From: a virus
Taxonomy: Duplodnaviria; Caudoviricetes
IMG/VR virus record: IMGVR_UViG_3300030329_004250
Span: 1 to 56,363 of that record
DNA length: 56,363 nucleotides
Strand: one strand, 5' to 3'
Each line of letters starts with the position of its first letter. Within the stretch, counting starts at the first letter, position 1. Made by a program: the position numbers and the translations under genes. Positions 38,825 through 47,488 of the stretch are shown in pieces. The notes under the pieces were generated by a model. The model was not told the origin of the DNA, made no database searches, and saw only the letters and a program-made list of their open reading frames with translations.

Positions 38825-39504
38825 TAGGCAAAAGCTCCTTTAAACTTTTTGTTATATACAAATCTTCTAAACATCTTCATGGTTCTACAGAATAACTCAG
38901 CAGTCATGAGAACATCACTAAGTGCATCATGGGCCTCGCCTTGTGAGTATCCCATGTAACCACGCACTAGGTTATCATTAGATAGTGAATTAACCTCTTT
39001 GTTATTTTCAAAACAGCAGAACATCAAATCTAATGTGTCCACTATATTAATTGGATTGAATAAAGACTGCCGCCTACCATCTTTATCTTTTGGTCCGTAA
39101 CCCCAAGGTTTTTCACAACAAATCCTGTGAACAATCGGCATGTCAAACCCGCGAATATTATGACCAACCGCAATTGGTGCATACCAAGGGGTCTTTTTAA
39201 AATTGTATTCATTCACATAATCAGTGAAGTTTGACCAGACTGATTTTAGTGATGGAGCCTTCTTGAGCATGGCTTCGGTTTTACCATGAACAGCGACAGC
39301 ACCATCTTCAAGAACATCGACTCCAGCTTTAGCACATTCTTTCTCGTCGAAGATAGGCTGGATTAAAGATTGGAATTCTGAGTTAGGTATGACCTCCAGC
39401 TTCCTGCCGTGAATCGCCACAGCAGCAATTTGCACTGGCTGAGTGGTATCTGGATATTTGCTCGTAGTTTCAAAGTCGAAAACAATGTAGTCTTTGTAAT
39501 TCAT
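38824..39504 (-). CDS. DEDDh 3'-5' exonuclease (DnaQ/epsilon-like)
   Basis: VFDFETT, GHNI.GFD, AHDALSD motifs. Confidence 0.9.
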   Translation of the reverse strand: MNYKDYIVFDFETTSKYPDTTQPVQIAAVAIHGRKLEVIPNSEFQSLIQPIFDEKECAKAGVDVLEDGAVAVHGKTEAMLKKAPSLKSVWSNFTDYVNEYNFKKTPWYAPIAVGHNIRGFDMPIVHRICCEKPWGYGPKDKDGRRQSLFNPINIVDTLDLMFCCFENNKEVNSLSNDNLVRGYMGYSQGEAHDALSDVLMTAELFCRTMKMFRRFVYNKKFKGAFA

Positions 39505-39524
39505 AATAATCCTTTGTAAGAAAA

Positions 39525-39599
39525 TGGGGCGTCTAAGTGAAAGCGTGAATCTGGATCGGCATTACCGCCCAGATAATTACCTAAACTTAGATCACCCCA
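39525..39599 (-). repeat. structured non-coding element, copy 2 (core 39533-39590)
   Basis: Minus strand TGGGGTG-A-T-CTAAGT-TTAGGTAATT-ATCTGG-[GCGGTAATGCCGAT]-CCAGAT-TCACGCTTTC-ACTTAG-A-CGCCCCA; its TAA is the DnaE middle-fragment stop. Confidence 0.8.
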
Positions 39600-40429
39600 C
39601 ATGTTTCATGTATTTTCTTTAATAAATTAACACCAAGGATGTCGAACTTGACAGCACCAATAGCCTCAAGATCACCCATTTCCATCCCCGCGATTTTTTC
39701 ATTACCGCGAGTTTCTTTGACCATAGGGCATAGATTATTCAGATCTATAGATGATACTACCACACCAGCGGCGTGTTTTCCTTGAGTTTTGAATGTTCCT
39801 TCAATTCTAAGAGCTTGGGCAAAATCTCTAGCAAAGTCGCCGTGTAATTCACCATCTTCTTCCCAACAGTATTCTCTTAGTGTATCCGGGTCATTTTCCA
39901 AGGCCCATCGAATAACTGATGGCTCATCCATTTCTTCTAATTTATCAGAGATTGCAGCTTCTTGCGGAATCTTATTTGTGATATCGTTCATCTGGTCGAA
40001 TGAGCAACTCTCATTAACTCTTAGAACTTCTTTTAATGCGGATCTACCTTGGAGTCTACCAAACGTCAGCATCTGGCAAACCCTATCTTCTCCGTATTTT
40101 TCTTTTAGATAGATGATGACATTCTCTCGTTGGTCTGGCGGGAAGTCAACATCAATATCTGGTAATGACGCTTTTGCTTCCACAAAAATTGTTGGAGCGT
40201 TTTCGTCCACGCTCTTGACTTTATCATAAATCCACATGATGTAACTGTTTTTAGGATTATCTGATGATAAATCAATATTGTTTATTATATGTTTATAATA
40301 TTCCTTTCCTTTTTTCATTTTCAGAACTACGTTCATTTCTTCCTGAAAATGATTGTTTTCGGAAACTCGATTAAACCGTTTTTCATTTGGAAGTTTACCA
40401 AAAAATGTTTCAAGTTCTGTAATATTCAT
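39587..40429 (-). CDS. dnaE: DNA polymerase III alpha-like, middle catalytic fragment
   Basis: SLPDIDVDF, YL.EKYG, TFG, GKHAAGVV, KFDILG (all three catalytic Asp). Confidence 0.92.
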   Translation of the reverse strand: MNITELETFFGKLPNEKRFNRVSENNHFQEEMNVVLKMKKGKEYYKHIINNIDLSSDNPKNSYIMWIYDKVKSVDENAPTIFVEAKASLPDIDVDFPPDQRENVIIYLKEKYGEDRVCQMLTFGRLQGRSALKEVLRVNESCSFDQMNDITNKIPQEAAISDKLEEMDEPSVIRWALENDPDTLREYCWEEDGELHGDFARDFAQALRIEGTFKTQGKHAAGVVVSSIDLNNLCPMVKETRGNEKIAGMEMGDLEAIGAVKFDILGVNLLKKIHETCGVI

Positions 40430-41342
40430 TAACCTTGTCCCATTTACGATTTAGTTTTATAGTGTTTTCGTCAAAGGTGTTAAGTTTGGTTAAAATCTCC
40501 AAAACGTCATTTTTTGCTGACCATCGTACATCGTACAGTTCTTGATTTTTTTTCTTGTATATTCTTTTACTCTTAAAACCAAGAGTGTCACACACTTCTG
40601 TTAGTGTGTCTTTTAAGTAGGAGCAAGCGCCTATATTTGGGTAACGATATTCTTTTCTGTATCTTTTATTATATGTAGTTTTAATTCCGACCCATCCATC
40701 AGCATCTATAAAACCACGAATAAAATCGTATTGATGTGTTTTTGGCACTGGTATGATCTGATCATAAGTTTTTCTGTTGATGATTCCATTATTTTTTAAG
40801 TTATCAACTAAATATGGATTCGTTACTCTTAATAAGCTCTTGGTTTTATATTTATAAACCCTATCCACCCCATAGATATAGTTAGACAGTTTTATCAGAT
40901 GACCTTCATCCTTCTTTGACAAACATACTTGCAAATTCGTATAATTTTTATCAACTGACCCGTCACCAAAAATAAATCCCAACCAATACGAGGATTCTGG
41001 AGTTATCTCAGAAAAGTTATTAATGACATCAAACCTTTTATGCTCTATAAAACACTGGTGTGAGCAGTACTTAGCTTTTCTACTTGGGGATCTTTTAACT
41101 ATTTCTTTACAATTTAGACATCTGATCTCTTCTTTTATAGAAACCATTTGTTTTCTAATTGGGCACCATTGACTACAAGATTTTATTTTTAGTTTTTTCA
41201 ACTGCTGTATTTGAATAGTTCTCTTTTTTCCACAATCACAGATACAATCAACCACCTGTCTTCTATGACTGCCGCAGCCGTATTCTTCCAAGTAGTAAGG
41301 GGTAGATATTACTGTTAGTAAATCATATTTAGTGTTCTTCAT
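40410..41342 (-). mobile_element. free-standing double-motif LAGLIDADG homing endonuclease gene
   Basis: YWLGFIFGDG and FIRGFIDADG motifs; N-terminal CICDCG and CxxC/YCS..C modules; lies between two dnaE fragments. Confidence 0.85.
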
Positions 41343-41383
41343 TTTTAAACCTTTAGTAGTGGGTATAAAACTCTCCGTAATAG

Positions 41384-41392
41384 TTATACACC
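41384..41392 (-). promoter_or_regulatory. candidate promoter GGTGTATAA inside a hairpin
   Basis: Same 9-mer as 4142-4150, about 42 nt before the LAGLIDADG ATG. Confidence 0.45.
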
Positions 41393-41402
41393 CAAACTGG
41401 GT

Positions 41403-42716
41403 CTATTTGAAGTTTTCCAGATAATTTAATTCGTCAAATGACACATGTTTTTCGTATGATCTACTATTATTATAGAAACGACTGAATACCAACCCGTACT
41501 CAATGGGATCAATTAAGGTAATACCTATTAAATAGGAAATGAGACATCCTGCGGCACTGCCACGACCTGGCCCAACCAGAACACCCCTGCGGCGGAACTC
41601 GTTTACATAATCCGCAACAATGAGGAAGTAGCCTGAAAGATCCGCATCTTCGATGACTTCTAACTCTTGAAGAATTCGATCTTTGTAAATTTCTATATCT
41701 TCTTTTTCGTCAACCTTGCCGGTGGGCATGAGAACATTCCTCCACCCATCACGACAAAGCTGTTTTAGTTCCTCGATCTGAGATTTATTTTTGGTTTCAA
41801 CTTGCGGCAGTCTTGGTTTAGCCAAGATCGTATAAGCTGAACATTTCTTATTTATCTCACCAACGGTTTTAATCTGGTCTTTTGAATATGTTTGCACTTC
41901 TTCTTTACTAGGAATATAGTAAGAGTTAGACTTGAAATATCTAACATACCTATAATTGTCTTCTTTTAGAAGGTCTTTATTAACCTTATTTAAAGTTGTT
42001 CTCATCTTGGAACATAGCAAAACTCTATGATCTTTTGAGTCTGCCATTTCTCCGTAATAAATATTTGCTCCAGCAAGAAGGTTTTTAAAACCAATACTGT
42101 CAGCAACTTCATCGACACAGTTAGAGATCAATTTAGTGGCGGCAAAAGTCTCAGAATCTAACTTATTTATTTCAAGGTAGTAATCATCACCAAACTTTTC
42201 TGTGAACTTACTAATGTGTACAACAGCGTCTTCTTTGTATTCTCTCTTTAGGCACTCACCAGCCTCGTCGTATTCTGAACAACTATAGATACATTTGTTA
42301 TCTTCTATAAACTCGTTGAATAATGCACTGCCAACGTAACCATCTATGCAGATGAAGTTTTCATCAACAAGTTCAAACAGTTGATCTATAGGAATAGCCG
42401 GATGTTTCTTGAAATTATCGGCATCATTACATGCTGATACTATTTCAAGAAGTTTAGCCCAGCCCTTTTCGTTTTTACAGATCAGCGTGACTGTGGTATT
42501 GTTGGATGTTTTGAGAGGTATTTCACAACCAAGAATTGGCTTGATGTCATTATCTTCGCACTCCTGCACAAACTTGACAGCACCCGATACAGAAGCAAAG
42601 TCAGTCAGTGCCGCAGTCTCATAACCAAGTTCTTTACATATTTTTACAATTCTTTTAGGCTTGAGGGTTGACTGTAGTAGAGAATAGTGCGAATGTATTC
42701 TGGTTGGGAACCACAT
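41403..42716 (-). CDS. dnaE: DNA polymerase III alpha-like, N-terminal fragment (PHP + first palm segment)
   Basis: HSHYSLL, ALTD, IKPILGCE, YFLIVAD, VGPGRGSAAG, DP..YGLVFSRF. Confidence 0.92.
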   Translation of the reverse strand: MWFPTRIHSHYSLLQSTLKPKRIVKICKELGYETAALTDFASVSGAVKFVQECEDNDIKPILGCEIPLKTSNNTTVTLICKNEKGWAKLLEIVSACNDADNFKKHPAIPIDQLFELVDENFICIDGYVGSALFNEFIEDNKCIYSCSEYDEAGECLKREYKEDAVVHISKFTEKFGDDYYLEINKLDSETFAATKLISNCVDEVADSIGFKNLLAGANIYYGEMADSKDHRVLLCSKMRTTLNKVNKDLLKEDNYRYVRYFKSNSYYIPSKEEVQTYSKDQIKTVGEINKKCSAYTILAKPRLPQVETKNKSQIEELKQLCRDGWRNVLMPTGKVDEKEDIEIYKDRILQELEVIEDADLSGYFLIVADYVNEFRRRGVLVGPGRGSAAGCLISYLIGITLIDPIEYGLVFSRFYNNSRSYEKHVSFDELNYLENFK

Positions 42717-43766
42717 CTACTTATCCTTTTCAACTCTGTCTTCTGCTAATCGACCACCACCGTCACCATACTTTGAAATCTTTGAGATATCGCCGTATTG
42801 CTCGATGGTCTTTACAATTCCTTGAGATTTTACCATATCTCGGAAGAAATGGCAAGTGGACTTTCCAGAATTTTCCCATTCTTCCGAAAATTTGCACAGA
42901 TATTTACATTTCCAGTGTGTGTTTTCTGATGATAAAAGTCTGGGCTGTTCAACGGACCTAATATACTCAAACTTTTGTCTCAGTATGTCTTCTGCCTTTT
43001 GGTAATCTTCTTCATCGAAGACCATGCTAAACAAACCACCCGGAACATCCACCCCATCTATCTTTGAGTCATTAATATAATAAATGCTAACAAAGAATTC
43101 CCAATCCGGATACATATTCTTAAGGGCGTAGTAGTACAGAAGAAGCTGAGTGTCTTTCTGTAGTTTTTCTGGGGTTTTGATTTCTCCAGTCGCCCAATCA
43201 ATCCGTTTGCCGGTTTTATAATCTAATACCTGAAAGTACTTATCGTCTTCTTGGGTGATTAAATCTATAGTTCCTTTAATAGATAAATACCCTTCGATTT
43301 TTTCCCCGCCTACATCATAACTATATTTTGCCCACGGTTTCTTGATTTCAATATCAAAGAATAATTCCGTAGCATGGACATTTTGATTTCTTGGATCTAG
43401 CTCACCGTCATTGTATGCTACCGCTTTCTGGACCCATCTTATGCAGGTTCTCAGGTCTGCTTTGGTTAGTTCGACCTCTGGCTCATGTTCTGCATAGTAG
43501 TCAAAACATAATTCAGTTATGTGCGGTAGGTCATCACATTTTTTGTAAGATAGGTTGGGGATATCATCATTGATAACCTTACCGACCTTGTTCTTCTGCG
43601 CCAGATTCTTGTCTGCCAATAGCTGCAATGCGCGATGAACAACCGTACCAAGAAGTGCCTTCCTGTTGGTTTTATCGCGTAATGACAGATTGTATTGGAG
43701 AAAGAATTTCTGTTCACAAAATTCTAACTGACCAAGTGAACTAGATCTGTGGTAGCATACTAACAT
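42717..43766 (-). CDS. Cas4/RecB-like PD-(D/E)XK exonuclease
   Basis: SSS....FC, GT.VH, GTIDL, DYKTG, QL..Y, C-terminal CKYLC...C. Confidence 0.8.
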   Translation of the reverse strand: MLVCYHRSSSLGQLEFCEQKFFLQYNLSLRDKTNRKALLGTVVHRALQLLADKNLAQKNKVGKVINDDIPNLSYKKCDDLPHITELCFDYYAEHEPEVELTKADLRTCIRWVQKAVAYNDGELDPRNQNVHATELFFDIEIKKPWAKYSYDVGGEKIEGYLSIKGTIDLITQEDDKYFQVLDYKTGKRIDWATGEIKTPEKLQKDTQLLLYYYALKNMYPDWEFFVSIYYINDSKIDGVDVPGGLFSMVFDEEDYQKAEDILRQKFEYIRSVEQPRLLSSENTHWKCKYLCKFSEEWENSGKSTCHFFRDMVKSQGIVKTIEQYGDISKISKYGDGGGRLAEDRVEKDK

Positions 43767-43783
43767 AATTGCTCTTATAAATT

Positions 43784-43854
43784 ATCGAGGGGTCTAGGTA
43801 AGGTGTTGAACCCGGACTAAACCGGATGACGACTTGAACCTAGATCCCCTCGAT
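43784..43854 (-). repeat. structured non-coding element, copy 3 (core 43794-43843)
   Basis: Minus strand ATCGAGGGG-A-T-CTAGGT-TCAAGTCGTC-ATCCGG-[TTTAGT]-CCGGGT-TCAACACCTT-ACCTAG-A-CCCCTCGAT; its TAG is the dNMP kinase stop. Confidence 0.8.
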
Positions 43855-44604
43855 GTATTTAGGTAAAATCCCCCATGCCTGAATCTGTTCAAGCACAAGC
43901 TTATTCTGTTCTTCTACACTAGTATTAGTATTATCAATAATACAATCATAATGATCTTTATATTCAGATGCTTTTTCACTATCATGCCCATCTGATGATT
44001 CTGAATTTCTAGTAAAGTAAATAACCTTACCGCCAGCTTCGTGGACCGCATCTATTTCGTTTTTGAATCGGCAGTCGCCAATAAGTGCTAGGTTGGGGTT
44101 TTCATCTTTGATCTGTTTGATACAGAGTGAAACCCAAACATCGTCTTTTATCTTACGGCAGATGTCTGTACCAAAAGCTTGCATGAACTCGCGGGCAGTC
44201 ATGCGACCACTTGAGTCTTGTGAAACATTGTCCCACAGAATATCGGTCAGACTATTCTTTTGCTCATCTGTACCATAGCACTGCTCCCTATCAAGACCAA
44301 ATAGAGATATGCACAATCTCTTTAGTGGGTCTGCAAAATTATAAGCTTTTACAAAAGGCCAAAACGTAGTTGACGCATAGTCGGCAAAGGTCTGACTTTC
44401 CTGAAAAACATCAAACACGCCCATAGATTCAAATTCTTTATCATTATCATCTAAATATTTCGCATTTACTACTAGCCTACCAGCCTCATCTATGAAAAAT
44501 TGCTTAATGAAACCATGAGACTTCATCTCATGACCATGCAGGAAGTTGACAGATGTAGTTTTGCCAGACTGTTTAGCACCAGCAAATGCGATAATGTTTG
44601 ACAT
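43840..44604 (-). CDS. deoxynucleoside monophosphate kinase
   Basis: GAKQSGKT, FADPLK, REFMQ.FGTD..R, DCRF.NE, H.SE motifs. Confidence 0.88.
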   Translation of the reverse strand: MSNIIAFAGAKQSGKTTSVNFLHGHEMKSHGFIKQFFIDEAGRLVVNAKYLDDNDKEFESMGVFDVFQESQTFADYASTTFWPFVKAYNFADPLKRLCISLFGLDREQCYGTDEQKNSLTDILWDNVSQDSSGRMTAREFMQAFGTDICRKIKDDVWVSLCIKQIKDENPNLALIGDCRFKNEIDAVHEAGGKVIYFTRNSESSDGHDSEKASEYKDHYDCIIDNTNTSVEEQNKLVLEQIQAWGILPKYIEGI

Positions 44605-45665
44605 TAGATATATTTCTTTATCTGTGGTATAATTTGTTCTTTGATTTGATCAACTGTTAAGTCGCCAATATCCTTCTTATCGAAGTCTACAGTTTTCAAA
44701 TTGAACATTGTTTTATATTGTTTGATAATCTTATCTCTACCCTGACGACCTGCCTTGTCGTTGTCAAGAGCGAGGATGATATTATCTATAGATGCTCTCT
44801 CTAGGAGTATACTCTGCTCTTGATTTAAATCACAGCCAAAAATACCGACACAGTTGAGAATGCCAGCTTCGTAGAGTCGGATAACATCACCCTGCCCCTC
44901 CACCAGCACCACCGATCCGGTCTTTTTCATTCTCTCATATGCTTTATTGTATCCAAAGAGATTCTTGCCAGCATGAAATCCTTTGCTGAATTTCCATTTT
45001 TCTTTAGTATTATCGTCTATGGCTCTGCCGACAACACCAACAATTTCATTATTATCGAAGTTTCCCGGATTAAAAATTGGGAACACACTTCTGTTGTACA
45101 TTGGCTTTGTTTTATCACCACAAAAACCAATACCAAATTCTTCCAAAACTTCTTTAGAGAAACCTCTTTTAACAAAATATGGGCATGGAATAATCAGCGT
45201 TTTAAGAAGTCTATCTCTATGGCAGAGTATGCTGTTATCTTGTTTTTTATTAAAGACTTGGTGTACTACATCATAGTTATTCACTCTTATCGCAGTTTTG
45301 TCAACTGAAATAACAGATTCAATATAATCAAGCGTTTCTTGAAATGACACTTGCTTGTTCATTTTTCTACTCAAAATGCCTTGGATTAGACCAAGTATAT
45401 CATTAGGAAATTTTTCATGACATTTCTGCGTATTGCAAAACCAAGCACCGCCCCATTGTGACTCAGCATCAGAATTAACATTGAATCCAGACGGGTTGTC
45501 ACCACCATGCACTGGACAGGGACCAATCATTTTATCAGCACTATGAAATAAATCTATGTCAAGTGCCGCCATCAACTTCTCTATCTGGAGAATCGCTGAC
45601 ATCTTGATCTGAGTCTTCTTCGTCTGCGAATCCATCTTTTTCTTCTTTGTGTATTCTTTCAGCAT
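44604..45665 (-). CDS. dnaG: DNA primase (DnaG-like)
   Basis: CPVH..DN zinc finger, GR, VEG..D, DNDKAG TOPRIM; true start may be ATG 45635 or later. Confidence 0.88.
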   Translation of the reverse strand: MLKEYTKKKKMDSQTKKTQIKMSAILQIEKLMAALDIDLFHSADKMIGPCPVHGGDNPSGFNVNSDAESQWGGAWFCNTQKCHEKFPNDILGLIQGILSRKMNKQVSFQETLDYIESVISVDKTAIRVNNYDVVHQVFNKKQDNSILCHRDRLLKTLIIPCPYFVKRGFSKEVLEEFGIGFCGDKTKPMYNRSVFPIFNPGNFDNNEIVGVVGRAIDDNTKEKWKFSKGFHAGKNLFGYNKAYERMKKTGSVVLVEGQGDVIRLYEAGILNCVGIFGCDLNQEQSILLERASIDNIILALDNDKAGRQGRDKIIKQYKTMFNLKTVDFDKKDIGDLTVDQIKEQIIPQIKKYI

Positions 45666-47067
45666 CTCGTTTAGTACCTATCTCTTCTAGTCTCGCTAAT
45701 TCACCTGTCATTCTCATAAATATACTGTTGCCGTCCATTCCTGGACCATGACGTGCAACAACAGGTATCAATCTCCTGTTTACTCTACTACCTATGTTTT
45801 CTTCCGCTATTTCCTCCTGACCTCTCGCCTTAAAGATAGAAAATGATGTACACAACCAGATCAGCCTATCCGACCCAGAAATAACATCCTCAGATTCTCT
45901 AGTAATACCGTCTCTATTTAATTGAACAAATGCCAAGCATGGGACATCATGCTCGACACAGAAGTTATGCAATTGTGTAATTTGAAAACCTAATGCTTGG
46001 AACTCCGCAAGATTATTATTTATGCTTTCCGAAGTCATTAGTTTGAGATAGTCATAAATTATTAAGCAGTCATTCATTCTGCCTTCTTCATTATAACCCA
46101 CATGCTTAAACAGCCATCTTCTAGCAATTCCTAGAATTTCATCAAATGATCTACCGGCAACACTTATATAGTGGTACGGCATTTCTTTTACTGTTTCAGC
46201 AGCCTCTTCTACATTATCAATAAGTTGTTTTTCTTTATTGAATTTACTGCTTGAGATATCGTTGATTGCAATGCCCGAAAGGTTGGCGAGCAGCCTATTC
46301 CAATGATCTTCTTGGGACATTTCCGTATCAAGGATCAACACCGGAGTGCCGCGATTCGCAATATTGACTGCAACATTGTCAGCGAGTGTAGACTTGCCAC
46401 ACTTTGCTCTAGCACCAATCAAATCAACGGCACCACGCCTGAACCCACCACCAATCGCCTTATCATAGATGGGAAAGCCACTACTTATTCCGGGTTCGGT
46501 TTCCTCATTTGCTTTTAAATGTGAAATATACTCGTCTAGGTCTTTCCCGATTAGCTTGGTTGTGCTATTATCTTCCCGGATATATTTTAGGCAGGCGTTT
46601 TGTATTTGGGTTTCTGGAATTGAGACAATCTCCGTCACTGTCTCGTCGCCATCAACTTCTGATAATTCTGTATAAATTGATCTTAATTCATTCTGTAAAT
46701 CTCTAGCTAATTGTAGTTTGCGAATCTTTTTGGCATGTTGCCTGATGTTGTCAACATGGACATCATAGTGCATCAAGTGTTTGATATGATTTAGCGCATC
46801 CTTCTTTTCTATAAACTCAGACAGGTCAAGCTGTTGAGCCGCTGAAAGAATGGATGTCAAATCTACATTTTGTGAAGTCTCAAAAATCTTAGAAAGGCAT
46901 TTGTATACAACCTTATTTTCGTCAATTGTAAAAGTCTGTTCTTCTACTAGACCAGACACATCAAGAAAAGCATCATAACCGTATCTTATCATCCCAGACA
47001 ATACGGCTTTTTCAGATGCCACATTGTTAACTGTTGGGACATTTTTGTCCGAGTTTGATGAAGTCAC
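45559..47067 (-). CDS. dnaB: replicative DNA helicase (DnaB-like)
   Basis: GARAKCGKS Walker A, DTEM, YDYL, QLNR, ARHG. Confidence 0.9.
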   Translation of the reverse strand: MTSSNSDKNVPTVNNVASEKAVLSGMIRYGYDAFLDVSGLVEEQTFTIDENKVVYKCLSKIFETSQNVDLTSILSAAQQLDLSEFIEKKDALNHIKHLMHYDVHVDNIRQHAKKIRKLQLARDLQNELRSIYTELSEVDGDETVTEIVSIPETQIQNACLKYIREDNSTTKLIGKDLDEYISHLKANEETEPGISSGFPIYDKAIGGGFRRGAVDLIGARAKCGKSTLADNVAVNIANRGTPVLILDTEMSQEDHWNRLLANLSGIAINDISSSKFNKEKQLIDNVEEAAETVKEMPYHYISVAGRSFDEILGIARRWLFKHVGYNEEGRMNDCLIIYDYLKLMTSESINNNLAEFQALGFQITQLHNFCVEHDVPCLAFVQLNRDGITRESEDVISGSDRLIWLCTSFSIFKARGQEEIAEENIGSRVNRRLIPVVARHGPGMDGNSIFMRMTGELARLEEIGTKRDAERIHKEEKDGFADEEDSDQDVSDSPDREVDGGT

Positions 47068-47488
47068 AGAAATAAGGTTCCCGTTTAAACTGTGGATTGA
47101 TTTCTATATTTTTTTGACAGTCTTGGCAGAAGACGCTTACATTCTTGTGAGGTTTTCTTTTTCTCTCGACGGGCTTAACATTGTCATTTACTAGCTCGTA
47201 GCCTTCTTCGGCCTCTGTGTCAAGGCCAGGATCAAAATTATTTACAAATTCTTTTTTTTTCGCCTGAAGCTTATGTTTGTCCATAGTAAAATCTGGTTCT
47301 AAGAGTTGGACATTCTCTGGTTCAGGTGTGTAAGTCTCTGTTGGTGCTGCGGCTTTTTCTACAGTTTTTGGTTCATCTAGAAAGTTAATCTTTTCACCAG
47401 TTAATAAGAAATACCCTTCTTCAATAAGTGATGTATTATTGGTCTCAATACCCTTTTTTAATTTTTGAAGTCCTTGTAGTAATTTCAT
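47027..47488 (-). CDS. hypothetical protein with C-terminal Cys cluster
   Basis: 153 aa; CQDC...C...C. Confidence 0.7.
   Translation of the reverse strand: MKLLQGLQKLKKGIETNNTSLIEEGYFLLTGEKINFLDEPKTVEKAAAPTETYTPEPENVQLLEPDFTMDKHKLQAKKKEFVNNFDPGLDTEAEEGYELVNDNVKPVERKRKPHKNVSVFCQDCQKNIEINPQFKREPYFCDFIKLGQKCPNS

Noticed and set aside
36482-42716. Split inteins or group I/II introns joining the dnaE pieces
   Set aside because: No intein terminal motifs on any fragment; intergenic gaps are only about 60-110 nt and the intervening DNA is filled with coupled ORFs.
43800-43845. tRNA genes suggested by GGTTCAA T-loop-like words (also at 28465-28500)
   Set aside because: No cloverleaf, D-arm or acceptor stem; the words are part of the repeated hairpin element.
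28445-43854. CRISPR array, TIGR array or true integron attC sites
   Set aside because: Copies are dispersed rather than tandem, variable parts are only 5 nt, the AAC/GTT core is absent, and no cas1, Nop-domain protein or integrase is recognisable in the window. Kept only as analogies.
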